Positions 44,101-58,362 of a stretch of DNA of 64,000 nucleotides are shown in pieces. Origin of the DNA: Ruditapes philippinarum (lineage: Eukaryota). Position numbers and translations under genes: made by a program. Under the pieces are notes generated by a model. That model saw only the letters and a list, made by a program, of their open reading frames with translations, was not told the origin of the DNA and ran no database searches. The DNA lies in contig NW_026853784.1 of NCBI RefSeq assembly GCF_026571515.1, positions 62,001-126,000 of the forward strand. Reading direction: 5' to 3'. The stretch's first letter is position 1. Every line of letters starts with the position of its first letter.

Positions 44101-47066
44101 TCACCTCATACACATCTAGCTTGGTAAGGTCTCTGAGAATCTCTTCTAACGCCAAAAATAGTTCTATATCAAGTCTCTGAACCCCTCCAAAACAGGGTGG
44201 GTAGGTACATATAGGAAGGACTTATTCATATAATTTTATATACATTATATATATATTGTACAGAAAAGACTTCTAAAATGTGGGAATTCAAATATCAAGT
44301 CTAGGTTGGGCAGTTCAAAATAGGGTTAGTTTAGAAGACCCTAATTTGTTTGGATATATTAACCCTTTCGCTGCCAGAGGGTTATTGTTTTATTGTTCAC
44401 CTATTTGCCAGAGTCTAGGTTGGGCAGTTCAAAATAGGGTTAGTTTAGAAGACCCTAATTTGTTTGGATATATTAAAATAAAAGCACTATTTACATGCTT
44501 CATTGAAGTGTGTTGAAACACCTACAATTCATGTCTGACGCTTAGGTCTATGATTTTAGTGCCTAAAATTTGTTTAGTATTTGTATATTTGCAAGTTAAC
44601 CATTTAACTTTTGTTCCTAAAGTATTCATGTTTCCATTATAAATTCAGGTAGTTGTGAGTATCATTTATTACATATATGTTAGTTACATAAGTGAATGTT
44701 TAAAATCAACATTTTTGTCAACTTGTTAATCACACATCTTTTAACATAAGTTTTAGTAGTATGTATATTTGTATTTGACTACTAATTTATTGCAGGATAA
44801 ACACTCCAAGATCTAGTGGTGGCCTAGGCTCCATGAATTATCCATTGTTGTCAGATATTACTCACAAGATCTCTAAAGCATATGGTGTCTACTTGGAAGA
44901 CCTTGGACATACACTCAGGTATGCTTTATTTCATGAATTACATATTTGATGTGACTTACATACCTCATTCTGCTCCCCAAAATAAAACTGGAACACTACC
45001 CTTCGGTTGGATTTCAGGTTGGTTGATTCAAGGTCACAAAGGGTAAAATTGATTTTCTTTGTATTGGATAGTTTGTGTGTTTGTTTTTCCTTCATGTCAA
45101 GCCCCATTTAGGGGACCTGATCTTTAAGTCACACCAATAGACTGCTTTCTGAATTTTGTAACCAATAATTGTGGATTGTTGCAGTTGAAGGAGAATCTCA
45201 CGACAAGTGGAATTCAAACCAACAACCTCTTGATAAGAAGTCATATGCTCTACCCTACATCACTCTTCCTCCTCTCATTGACAATGTTTTTATGAAAGTC
45301 AATATAAGTGATATGTTTTAAGGCCTGCAGACATTTTCATAAAAAATCACAAGAGAAATCTTACGATAAATCTCCTTTTCACAAAAAATCTTAAGAAAAT
45401 CTTAAGTGCAAAATCTGTCGTAACTTTACGATAGGTCTTCCCCGTTCGTAAGTGTAATTTTTTCTCTCTTAAGAGTAAAATATCATGTATCTCTTACCTA
45501 AACTGAATAAAAACAAACAAAAAGTTGGAGGACAAATGAATATTAAGCAAACAGTATGCTACAAATAACACAAATTGAGGTATAATTATTTTTCAACATA
45601 AACATTTGTGACGTCATGACTTGATGACGTCACGATGGAGAGGGTTATGAATAGTTTAAATGTGAACTATACTGTAGTATTATTGAAAACTTATAATTTG
45701 TACAATTGGTGAGTTCGATTTAATTGCCAGCATGTACTAGTGGTACCTTTTTATTTCTTTATAACCTAGACCTTTTTTAGATATATAATTATCTTCAATC
45801 AAGATATAAATTATATCAGTTTGAATCATGTTTTGTTCTTATTGAAATTTGATTGTGTACATTAGATATTTCAAGCTCTTGATTACTTGATTTTAAAACA
45901 GGAATCAAATATAATGCATGCACATCACTATCAAATGAACGTTGCTAGGGATGTTTTTGTCGTAAGATTTATCGTAAGTGAATTTTTTATCTTAAGATAA
46001 AATTTTAACTTGCAAGTGGCTTAGTGAAAATGACTTAAGATTTAACTTACGATTATCGTAAGTGAAAAACTTAAGATAAATCATAAGATTTTTTGTGAAA
46101 ATGTCTGCTGAACTGTATATTTGCATGATATGTCATGTTTTACATTTGCTTGAAACAGAAATTTAAGTTGTATATCAACTGTCTGTATATTTAATTTGAA
46201 GATTTTACTTCATAGACTCTTTTCATAATGATTTTTATTTACCATAATTAACATCTGAATAGAAACATTTACTTGTGTATGAAGTAAAAACTTCCAGAAT
46301 AATAGACTATCTGAATCAATACTTCTTGCTATACACTTAGAAGTGTATAGCAATTTTTGGAAAGTGTTTAGATTTTTAAGTTGTAAAAAAAAAGAAAAAC
46401 AAAATTCACAACAATCTACATGTATAAATGTACTGTTATATTTAATCAGAGGATTGTTCATCATTGACACAAAGGGCACATTGAGACAGATCACAATGAA
46501 TGACTTACCTGTGGGACGATCTGTTGATGAGACGCTTAGACTTGTACAGGCGTTCCAGTTCACTGACACACATGGTGAAGTTTGCCCGGCTAACTGGAAA
46601 CCTGGTGCAGACACTGTAAGGCTTAATACATGTCTTACTTATATTTAAAACTTAAAAAGTTTTTTTGTTTCCAAAATGATCAGTTATTGATTTGTATCAT
46701 GAAACTTTTAAGACACAATATGTGTGTAAAGTACAGGGAAGAACTTGGTAATTTGTTATACACCTCCCCATTCAATAACATATTGGTAGTTCTCTTTTAC
46801 ACACTGGCTATGTTAAAGTAAAGTCTGTGAAAATGAAATTTTTATGACATTTTGGTTCAAGGCAGATACTTGTACAAACTGTAAAACTTCAAGCCATGAC
46901 CCATGAGAATATTCCCATAATTTTATTGTACATACAAACTCTTTTAGAAAAAGGCAAGTATGTTTACCATATGTCTTCATATAACGGTGCATTCATTGAT
47001 ATTTTTGTTTTCTAGATTGTACCAGATCAACAGGAGAAGCTCAAGTATTTCAGCAAGCATCCATAA
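38115..47066 (+). CDS. PRDX4: Peroxiredoxin-4 (typical 2-Cys, signal peptide), 247 aa; exons 38115-38283, 41659-41776, 44007-44123, 44796-44918, 46450-46615, 47016-47066
   Basis: Signal peptide; GGQVYPQE and [15 protein letters not shown] (PRDX4-type N-terminus); FYPMDFTFICPTE; GGLG; [16 protein letters not shown]; GEVCPA; YF motif. Exon phases join (744 nt). Confidence 0.95.
38841..41246. mobile_element. Non-autonomous TIR element with subterminal repeats (Mutator-like)
   Basis: TIR CAGACTATT(C/T)TCTCCCTTACCAGTTCCTCCCC; TSD GTGCACAT at 38833-38840 and 41247-41254. Confidence 0.8.
39118..40123. mobile_element. Nested non-autonomous hAT-like element with 6-bp TSD
   Basis: TIR CATACATGTGACA / TGTCACATGTATG; flanked by TCATAA on both sides; ATCGGGA subterminal repeats. 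Confidence 0.75.
41861..43760. mobile_element. Non-autonomous TIR element with 5-bp TSD, unclassified
   Basis: 31-bp TIR ACAC(A/G)GATTTATATTACAAGGAT(T/C)GGACACT; CAATA on both sides. Confidence 0.78.
44298..44476. repeat. 65-bp exact direct duplication with 49-bp filler
   Basis: 44298-44362 equals 44412-44476. Confidence 0.9.
45328..46107. mobile_element. PIF/Harbinger-like MITE
   Basis: TIR CAGACATTTTCA(T/C)AAAAAATC; 3-bp TSD CTG; TTACGAT/TAAGAT subterminal repeats. Confidence 0.75.
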
Positions 47067-50000
47067 AACCAACATCTAATATCATCTACATTATAACCAG
47101 ATGTTAGACTGGTTAACATATTGACAGTTTTCTTGTCTCAGCTTTATCTTTGAAACTTACATTGAAAACCATTCTGAATATCTGTATAGAAACCATTGCT
47201 ATAAAAACCTATGTGTTGGCCTATAGGAAGATTTTTTTGGATTTTAGGCAGATATCTTACATAGATGATAAATTTTTCTAGAGTTTGCATAAATCTTTTT
47301 ATCTACATGACATGACAGCTTTACTTTTTGCGACGGACGCGCCCTCAGGCGCGTTCAGAGCTAAGTCATCTACACATGGGATTTCGTCTGCTACAATCGC
47401 GCAAAGTGTCCTCAACCGAATAACAGCCCATGAAAAAGTACATGAATTTGATCCTTTAAAACTCACATACTTTGTCGGGATATCTTAAAATCTTCCATAT
47501 TTAGCCTTTTCAATTTCAAATTAAGTTATCCAAGTTAAAATATGAACGTATTTGATTGATAAAAACGTTGTAGTCCCGTAGTATTATTGCGCAATATGCA
47601 AATTACTGCCGAAACGATTTACAGCTGTCGAAAAAGTAGGACAGCAAATTATACTATAATAAAGGTGTAAGCTCTGAGTTCCAAGAAATTATTAGTAGGA
47701 AATAAATATTTCTGCATTATACAAAACATTATTATTAACAAATCAAAAGTTTTTCGTGACTAGAATAAGTCGCGCATTAATAAAAGAAGAACTATTTTCG
47801 TGACTCATGCCGCGGGTTTAGCTGAATATTCAGCAGTTATTAATAAATTAGATACAGTATAATGGTTAGTATAAATATCTATTTTTGAAAATGCATGTAA
47901 CAAGAGAGTTTTTTCAACACTTTACCACCATGTAGTCTTTCATGGTAATCTTTATTGATTCGGAAGTTATAATATCAGTTCTACTTCCGATTCTTGTGGT
48001 TTGTTTACATATTTTTCTAGGTCACGATATGAGTTAACATTCGCTATTCTAAAAATAGATTCTGCTTTCACCTGCAGGCGATTAGGGAGTACACATTATA
48101 TATGTAATAAACCAGCGGATACTTACTTTGCTTACATGCAATACTTACAATTGTAAGAAGCAAACAAGTTGAAAATGGAATTTAGTATGAAATTGAAAAG
48201 GACAGCTTAAGTGACGTTTAAATTAAAATAAAAACGATGTGCTCTGGCCTCTACATCTTTACCTTGTAAATAAAAAAAAATCTAAAAAAAAACACTTTTA
48301 ATTGCTGATGATTTTAACCAAAAATATTTTTAATGAGACATATCCAAGAGAAATAAAAATACAAATGACTTATATTTTATTGTCTATATGCCCACTATGA
48401 TATAACACGAAGCAATTCTAAATAACATTCTCACATGTATAATGTATTATGCTTGAAGTTAATTTGCATGGTTTTATTTTAGAAATATTTCGTTGACAGT
48501 TTTTTTTTCTATTTACATATCATTCCTTGGAATAAATCGATAAGGACACTGATTTACAAGTTTGACCAGAGTTTTTAGGCATAAATTTCATTCTGTATAA
48601 CTTTTTAAGTAGAAAATCTGAATTATATCAGATTGGGACACATAAAATATATTGCTCTACAAATCTCGAACTTGTATGGAAACAAATTTTCTCTGTTATA
48701 TCTTTTGTGTTTTGTTTTTTTTCTCTAAAAAAGCCTTAATGTCTCTCCGGTTGCATGTCTGTCGCATTCAGTGCTGCAGCACTTTGATTACTTATACTAG
48801 TTATTGTTTGTTCACACTATTTTCTTAGACCTAGTCATTTATTAAAGAATTTTCAACATGGTTCATACTGTATAGAAATAAACCATTCCACTATTTTTGA
48901 TATTTGTACATGTTTATTTTTTCTGTATGAGGAACATTTGTTTATTGTTTGATTAAAATAAAATCATTCACAGTGCTGAGAAGCTAGAAATTAAAGGCAA
49001 ATTTAAAGACTAGACTAATTATGATTAAATTAGTTCATATTACAGTAAGCTTTCTTTCTTTTTCTTTTTTTCCAATAAAAGTTGCTTTTTGTATTTAGTT
49101 AATATGTAAAAAGGAAACTAATATAACTTACATGTCTACTTTGAGTGACATACAGTCACTGGTACTCAGTGATTGATATGTATTATATCTTACTGCTAAA
49201 TTTATATTTATAAAGTTGTTGTTTTATTTTAAGTGTTAGATCGATAACCTGTATGCTTTAAACATTTTATGTTTTGATTTAAGTTGTTTTAAGCTTAGTA
49301 TTAAGTTTGTTAAGAATAAATCCATGCTAAGGAGTGATATTTCAATCATTGTGTTATAAACCAGATATTCATTTGCTCATGACAGCTTATATATACACGT
49401 GTAATTGTGTGTACTCATTGTGAAATCCGTATTGTAGAGTTATTTATGTTGTGTGTTGTTGTGTATTTTGTTTAAATGTAATAACCTAGGTTTGGGTAAT
49501 TAAATGTATTTCAGACTGTATTTAATAATTGTTATATTTTAAGTTAATTGAGGGTAACCATTCTATGTTATAAAATGAGACCAGTCTATAAATGCAGCTC
49601 TCTGATTGGTTGGATTCAGATGATTCCTACAGCATCATCCAATTGGGTTGTCAGATGAAGAAATTAAAGTTAAGCGAGAATGAGGTGTTTGGCCAAGATA
49701 GGAAATGAAACTAAGTTTTAAGTTTTAATGAATTTATACATGTGTCTTTGTTGTAAATTATGTGTTTGAATGAATGGACATTTCTATATATGAATATTGA
49801 GTGTAAAATGTAGGGATAGGAACATATCTTATGTGTTAATATAATTTTTGAATGAATGAAGTATTGCCCTATTTGATCAATGCTACATAGATTTGTGTTT
49901 GACATTTCCATTTAAAAGGGCATCTATTTTACAAAATATTGAATGATAAATCTTACAATTAAAGTTGCTAAGGTAATGGGATACTTTAAATGATTTGAGG

Positions 50001-50254
50001 TTAATTTGTCTAAATATAGGCAAAAGAAATGTTTAAAAATACACACACATACATTTAAAAAAAAAAGCTCCATGAGAAGTATTTTAAAAACTGTTAATAA
50101 AACGGGCAATTATAACATACATTTTACCAGCATTTAATAAGTACATACTGTATTATTATATTTATATGCATTTAGATGTTTATGAATATCATTTGAGTTT
50201 ATTAAATGAATCTCTGAATGAGACTTATATGAGCATAAATTGTTGTTTAATTTT

Positions 50255-50900
50255 TAGCTCACCTGTGCTTAGAAGTGAGCTTTTGTGATGACAGTGCCCG
50301 TGGTCCATGATTGTCCACAATTACATTAAACGACATCTCCTAAACCACTTACCATTTCACAGAGATGTTCCTTAGGTGGTCCTCAAATTGTTCAAGTCTG
50401 ATGCATATGTTGGTCAAAGAAACTAAAACTAGACTCTTTTAAAAGTCTTCTCTAAACTACAATGGACAATGCTTAGATATTTGGCATGTACCTCACCTGG
50501 TCCTCCACAAAAGTTTAATACAAATCATACTCCTGGGGTCAAAAAGATGTCATTTAGTTCAGGAAATTAGATTTAATTCGTCTTGTATGAAACTGCAAGT
50601 TGTAGGTATTTGGCTTGTAGCATTGTCAAATGAACCTCTGCAAAAGTTACATAAATCCTGCCCCTTTTGCCAAAATTGGTCGCAACCCGATAGTCACTTT
50701 ATATAGACTTGTGGAGTAAAAATCAGAAGACTTCATCTTGGAAACTACAATGTCTAGAGCTTAAATATATGGCATGTAGCATCACGTTGTGGTCTACAAA
50801 AGTTGTATTTACCATGCTCCTCCGGTCCACCCAGGGATTCACTTAGTTTATATAGACTTACATAGTACACTAGTTATATACATGTAATTAACTGTTCTTG
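50255..50900 (-). mobile_element. Degraded HINE/pearl-like element
   Basis: TAGCTCACCTG...GTGAGCTTTTGTGAT hairpin resembles the end of the 8382-9802 element in reverse, followed by decayed units. Right boundary approximate. Confidence 0.5.
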
Positions 50901-51969
50901 TCTGCCAAAGGCAGCAGACATCAACAAATGTTTTAAAATTTATGCAGCCTTGAGAAAAAATTACAAACCTAATGTGACTTAATTACTGGCTTAACCCTTT
51001 TCTAGTTTACGTTACATGTTCACAGTTTTCTGTAATTGCCCTTTTCTTAAGTGACATCCGCTGTCTTTGACAACCTTTTTATATGCTCAGAGGTAACTTT
51101 GGTCTTACTGTGGTATTGCCTTTAGTCTCATAACTTTATAACTATTTGGTGTGCTGTCTTCATTTTATAGGGAGGTAGGTCGTGGCCTGTAGATCACTCA
51201 TTTTAGATGACTTTTGTTATTTGTTATCCTAAGGAATAGCTAAGATAGAACATGTTTGAGGTATAATTCCATAAATAAATCTCTATTTTAATTGAAAGAT
51301 TATATTTGATTCTTAAAAAGAATTGCATTCCGGCGTTTATTGCCCCTGGTGCTCCTTTTACAGTAGTCACTCTTGTCTTTACATTTTAGATGTACCGAAG
51401 GTTTCTGCTCATTTTATTAATAATGCACAGAGTGGTACTGTTGCGTTTTTCCCCTACACTATGAAAGCTGAAATATTACCTTATGAGATATGACATGCTA
51501 TGTCCTTAGCAGTAAAAAAAAGACAACATACATATTTGTCGAATGTACAGACTGTATTCAATTAGGGAGTGTATATTTTTCACTTTGATCCTAAAATGCT
51601 CAAGTCTTGCTTGGAAAATAACAAGGGAGTGGACGAAAGTGTGATGCTGTTGAAGTTTATAAAAAGCTTTTTAACTATCTCGTTAGCTACCAAAGAAAAT
51701 TAAAAAAACCACCACTTGTCCAATAAAATGAAAACCATATTTCAAAGATATTTATTTGTGAACTCTTTATACATTGCAATATACATGTATAACACGAAGT
51801 GATGAATAGCAGCAATATTTCTGTCTTATATTTTATTTTATATTGTATTTTAGTGACACTGTTTGTCATTTACACTGATGTGTCTTACTCCGTCGTCGGT
51901 AGTATAGTGTAATTATCATAAACAACGTGATTATATTGTTCTATACGTTTGTATCATATAACACATATC

Positions 51970-53767
51970 TCACAAAGGCTCTATGAAACAGCAGGCCAAT
52001 CTCCTCCCAGCATTCCCTGTCCGTAAACTTTCCATGTCGAGGCCACGGCCAAGGTCGTCCTGACCCTCGTGCAGCTTTGAATATATATACAAATGCATCA
52101 GAAAATTCTATATATGTCATCAAGTCAATTCGTATTATATGAAAACATCAGAAATGTATTTATGTTTATTTCATATTTATCTTGTATTTTAATCTCCTAT
52201 TAATCAAAGTTCATGCTTTTTCAGACCAGATAAATTAATACTGAAAACAGCCCCATAAAACACAAGTAACATATTTTTTTAATTATTCATAATCGTATGA
52301 AAAATAGATGAAACTACAGATACATCTGTCGTAGAAACCTCGGGTCATTCGGTGAATTACACGTTATTTATCACACATGTTGTTCATGACCTTCAACTAT
52401 AAATCCATCAGTCGAACATTTGAACTTTTTTGACTAATCTCTAATGAATTAATACTAGTCTTTTAATATACTATAAGTAATGTTTGTCATTAAATATAAG
52501 TATAACTTGTAACTATAAGTGTAATTATAAGTGTAACGTCTTCTGCATCTCTTTTTTAAGAAATGTAACACTACAGTACCATTTATGTGATTCAAGTTAA
52601 AAACAAATGTCATTTTGCAGTTATTTTTGCTTCAAAAATGCACCGCTTTATACAGCAGTAAAAAGACTCAAAAGGTTTTAAAAGAATTGGCAATGTAATT
52701 AAACTGGGTGATAAACTTACAACTACCCCGCGACGAACAATGGAGTTGTTTCCAACCAAACTTGCCAAATTGTCAAATATTGCTCCTTGTACGTTACCAT
52801 AGGGATCTTTCACTACGTTACCAAAGTCACCTACATGACGTCGGCTTAAAAGTTGATGTAAAAACTTTTACACGATAAAACACCAAATTATCTGACAATA
52901 ACTTATAGACAAGCATATTTAATTTTACAATGACACAGCCTTAATTTACATGGTAATATTTTTATGTCAGTAAGGCAAATTTAACAATAGTCAAAACAAA
53001 TGACAAATGCCTTCAAAGTGCAAGTATTATACATAAAAATTACACTTAAACAATGTGCATCTGACCTAAAGAGGAATTATGTTGATTTACTCCTTGAAAT
53101 ATATTGATTTCATTGAAACAAACAAAAATCTAAAATGTTTTACTTTATTACCTTAAAAATAACTACTTGCAATATGACTTATTTTTATTTATCTAATAAA
53201 ACTTTATTACTTTGATGGGTCATTTTGCGAGCCATGTACTGTCCCATATGGATTAAAATGCGGTCCCATGGACTCACAGCCATTTGACATGTCCCCAGAA
53301 CGATGGATATGTAGACCATGGTACGTCCAGTTCCCGTCAGCTGGCATGCCAGATATTGTTATCTTAACTTGAAGAGCGTAATGTCCGTAACATGACTGCA
53401 AATAAATGCATGAATATTTCCTGAAGAAACATTCTGTGCCATAAATGGTCATAAAGATGGAAACTCTACAAAGCAAAATCTGTAGCCAGTCCATCACTGT
53501 CATCATAGACGGACATGTCTCACACTGTTAGTTTATAAACATTTTGTATGAAAGTGACAAGGAACATAACCAACGCTTTCGGAAATATGCTATATAAAGG
53601 GATGACATCGATACTGAATAATGGAAATGACAATGGTTTTCCAATAGGATTTATGAACGTGATGTTTAGTTAGATACTTACAATCCTCTGTGTGAAGACA
53701 ATGATACCGGTGATATCAGGATATAGAGGAAACGTCGGGTTTGCTGCTAGTCTACATATTGCTTGTA
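51970..53767 (-). CDS. SOD3: Cu/Zn superoxide dismutase, extracellular (SOD3-like) type; exons 53767-53682, 53395-53211, 52844-52721, 52074-51970; 5' exon(s) unresolved
   Basis: AICRL; HGLHIH; GC.S.GPHFNP; VHG; RHVGDFGN; LHEGQDDLG; [11 protein letters not shown]. All Cu/Zn ligands and the catalytic Arg are present, and the exon phases join. Confidence 0.88.
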
Positions 53768-55949
53768 CTGAAATAAAATAACCAGCAGATATATTATGAC
53801 TAATTTCTTAGAGATTTAAAAATTACGAGACCGATCTGTAATGGATTTATTTTTGTGATATTTAATCAGCATACCATGTATCACGCATATACTGATTTAC
53901 TTATACAACATACAAATAATCTGAAATATTACAGATAGCATGTGCATGCGTGTGTGTTTAGGGTATCAAAGTTTGGCAGCATCCTAATTGTTCTGTCAAA
54001 GGAAAGGGTTGTTTCCCATGTTTTAGAGATCAAATCAATGTTATGGTCGAAAAGTTTCATATTTTGCATGCCGTAAACTTTCAAAATCCATTCTCGGTCC
54101 AAAGAGAATTTTGGTTCTTTCCTTATCCTGACCGCCCTCTGTGCATTATTTAGAATACAAATATAACAAAAAGTCCTTGTTGTTTTTTATGCAATGGATT
54201 GCAATGTATATAACTTGAATATGTAATTAGTTTATAGTTATTTTTACTATATCGTTAAAAGAAATTGTAAACAAGATGAACAATAATATATTTCTAAACT
54301 GTTGCAAAATCATTATAGCTATTAACCTAAAATAATATTTTGAGTGGCAAATGTACAACAGTATAACAATTTATATTCTACCGTTATAATATGTTTTAAT
54401 TTAATTTCTCGATTTTCTATATTGATCCCATGCCTAAAAGGTGTATCTTCTCATATATATCAAGTTTAGTTTAATGTGTTAAAGAGTAAAAGTTATTGGG
54501 GGAAGTGTACCTTAATGATCAGCGACATTAGGAGCACCTCGCCGATTACAAATAATCATCTCGGAAATAATACGGATTGAACGCATATGTATACGCCGTG
54601 TGACTTTTTTATCTGTACGAAATCTACTGTGGTCATAGTATTATTTTTACAATAGGTTTATCTCTTAGATTTGGTTTGCTAAATTGCTAATCATGGTCAT
54701 GCAACTACATAGTTAGATTAAGAAGCAGACGCTTGTTTTGGTTGAGTCTATTATGTTTTGTTTAGGGGGTGAGTTGTCATACACAAATTTACAATTTATA
54801 TGCATTTATTTTTTCCAATGATTGTTATTATCTTAAATGCTTCTGGGATTGTTGTTTTATCAATTCATTTGTAGATAAGATTGTTATATGTCTATTAACG
54901 AAATAATTTTAATGAACACGAAATTAGTTCACACCTACATGTGTATTGGTAACTTGATGGTTAAAGCCAATGAAAACACGTCAATATTATTACAATCAGG
55001 CAGAGAAAAAGTGTGCAAAGAGTAAATCGATAATCTTTATATAGCCAGCAAACTTTGAATTGCAAGTATTTTTTCATATCTTTTCGGCAGGATAAACTGT
55101 CCGAGGATTCGTATCGTAAAATGGCTGCCATTTACAGTATCAAGTGATTATCCCAAGCACCACCGCGACTTAGCGCGGGAATTTTAATTATAGCTAACCT
55201 CGGCGCGTATACCTTTTTCATATTTTATTGTAATAAATATTTACAAACTGTGTCTTTCGGTTTTTTTATCAATATATAACCAATAATGATGTTAATATGA
55301 ATAAATAATCATATCTCAAATCTTTGACTATGATTTACAATGAAATTCTACCTTAAATGTATTAAAAAGGTTTTTAATTTCCTGTAATTTTATTTTGTGA
55401 TTATGCTTCAAAGCAGTCAATTGACCGTGAATTTTCTTTTCATATTTTGATTTCCTTGAAATCATTTTTCTCATCTGAAGGCATGCAACTTTAATATGGT
55501 GATACATTAATTACATTCCATGAAAATGTTTAAAGATATAAAATATCTCATGACATGTATGTTCATTTTACATTACACCTTTAATTCAGCAAACGTAAAG
55601 TCTTCACAAAAAGTAGTATGCAATCGTACCTATATTACATACGAATGTATGTAATATTTTTCTTGTATATAAATAGTAAGAGAGTGTAATCTTTGCATAA
55701 TGAGATATAATTATTTGACATACGTTTGAAAATAAATTGTTTTTTTCCCCAGTCAAATCATATATGATTGAAAAAAAAACATGTCTGACAATCAGAAGCG
55801 AAACACAAACATTAAATTTGTTCACGCCAACAAAATACAATCAAGACAATCAGAAGCATTTTTTAAAATTTATAACGTAATCCGATATATCCCCTAAAAG
55901 GGTATGTCATTTGTACTTTCGGTTCGTAAAATCAATAATAATGTAATTT

Positions 55950-57842
55950 TTATGTTCCCCGAACAATTTCGGGGGAGCATACAGTCGCCGGGTTGTCCGT
56001 CCGTCCGTCCATCCGTCCGTCAGTCCTTCTGTACGTACGTACGTACGTCCCGAATTTGTGTTCGGCCCATAACTTCGTTATTTGAAGTCGGTTTTTACAA
56101 CTATTTCACAGAAATGATCACCATATTGAGACGACGTGTCGCGCGCAACATTTGGGTCGCTACCTTCAAGGTCAAGGTCAAAGCATGACCTTGCAGCAAA
56201 ATCGTGTCCGGTCCAAAACTTCGTTATTTGAAGTCGGTTTTTACAACATTTTCACAGAAATGATCATCATATTGAGACGACGTGTCACATGCAGCATTTG
56301 GGATGCTACCTTGAAGGTGAAGGTCGCAGTATGACCTTGCAGCAAAATCGTGTTCGGCCCATAACTTCGTTATATGAAGTCTGATTTTAAAACTTTTTCA
56401 CAGAAATTATCACCATATTGAGACAACGTGTCACGCGCAACATTTGGGTCGCTACCTTTAGGTCAATGTCACAGCATGACCTTGCAGCAAAATCGTATCC
56501 GGCCCATAACTTCGTTATTTGAAGTCTGATTTTACAACTATTTCAAAGAATCACCATATTGAGACTATGTGTCGCGCGCAACATTTGGGTCGCTACCTTG
56601 AAGGTCAAGGTCACAGCATGATCTTGCAGCAAAATCCTGTCCGGCCCAAAACTTCGTTATTAAGATTCGGATTTTACAAGTATTAATCAGAAATGATCAC
56701 CATATTGAGACGACGTGTCGCGCACAACATTTGGGTCGCTACCTTGAAGGTCAAGGTCACAGCATGACCTTGCAGCAGAATCGTGTCCGGCCCATGACTT
56801 AATTATTTGAAGTCAGATTTTACATCTATTTCACAGAAATGATCACCATTATTGAGACGACGTGTCGCGCGCAACATTTGGGTCGCTTCCTTGAAGGTCA
56901 AGGTCACAGCATGACCTTGCAGCAAAATTGAGTTCGGCCCATAACTTCGTTATTTGAAGTCGGATTTTACAATTATTTCACAGAAATGATCACCATATTG
57001 AGACGACGTGTCGCGCGCAAATTTAGGTCGCTACCTTGAAGGTCAAGGTCACAGCATGACCTTGCAGCAAAATCGTGTTGGGCCCATAACTTCGTTATTT
57101 GAAGTTTAGATTTTACAACTATTTCACAGAAACGATCACCATATTGAGACGATGTGTCATGCGCAACATTTGGTCGCTACCTTTAGGTCAATGTCACAGC
57201 ATGACCTTGCAGCAAAATCGTATCCGGCCCATAACTTCGTTATTTGAAGTCTGATTTTACAACTATTTCACAGAAATGATCACCATATTGAGACAACGTG
57301 TCGCGCGCAACATTTGGGTCGCTTCCTTGAAGGTCAATGTCACAGCATGACCTTGCAGCAAAATCGTGTCCGACCCATTACTTCGTTACTTGAAGTCGGA
57401 TTTTACAACTATTTCACAGAATGATCATCATATTGAGGCGATGTGTCGAGCACAACATTTAGGTCGCTACCTTGAAGGTCAAGGTCACAGCATGGCCTTG
57501 CAGCAAAATTGAGTCCGGCCCATTACTTCGTTATTTGAAGTCGGATTTTACAACTATTTCACAGAAATTATCACCATATTGAGACGACGTGTCGCACGTA
57601 ACATTTTGGTCGCTATCTTGAAGGTCAAGGTCACAGCATGACCTTGCAGCACAATAACATTGTTATTTGAAGTCGGAATTTACAACTATTTCACAGAAAT
57701 GATCACCATATTGATACGACGTATGGCGCACAACATTTACTTTGAACTTTGTCTGTGACATAACTCTGACACTACAAGAGGTATACCTTCATTTGTCCAA
57801 AACCTTTTTTGGGAGCACCACCCGGTTCAACCGGCTCTTGTT
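55950..57842 (-). mobile_element. HINE/pearl-like element with 146-bp array (about 11-12 units), same family as 36031-37054
   Basis: Same terminal hairpin, (GTCC)n, unit sequence and end sequence as the 36-kb copy. Confidence 0.87.
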
Positions 57843-58362
57843 ATTTTCATAAATTGTACTTTATGCCGATTATTACACGATATAGGCCAGGGTCTTTCAA
57901 CTAGAAATTTGAATAGAATTTGAAAGATTCTGTACGATATAAAGAAATTAACTATTTCAATAAATCTCATTTCAGCATTTACCCAATTATATTCTGAAGT
58001 TTATGCCAGACCGAAATACCATATACGTTCTGTGTCTTCATACAATTGTGTCTGAGCATTTTAAAAAACCTCAAGTAATCATGATCCGAAGTTTGGCGGA
58101 AAGGACTGTACACATAAGCTTTCGATTAATGTTCGAGGTTCAAATCCGAAGTTTGACAGAAGTTGCAATTGGCGCGCGCGGACGGTTTAATTCAAACCTC
58201 CGACCTTCAAAATGTTAACTAGATAGCTTCCTCACATAAAAGAATTCAACGTTACCGACGGAGCTCGTACCCACAGCGAATATTCACAGACAGCGACCAT
58301 AAACACCTATACTAAATACTTAAATCATTGCTTGAGTATTTTTATTGGTCACATGCCAGATT

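Noticed and set aside
47315-48780. Possible TIR element downstream of PRDX4 (TGCGACGGAC / GTCTGTCGCA)
   Set aside because: Only a ~10-bp imperfect inverted match and no convincing TSD.
54510-54615. Missing SOD 5' exon
   Set aside because: Plausible splice sites exist, but every frame tried has a stop or an incompatible phase.
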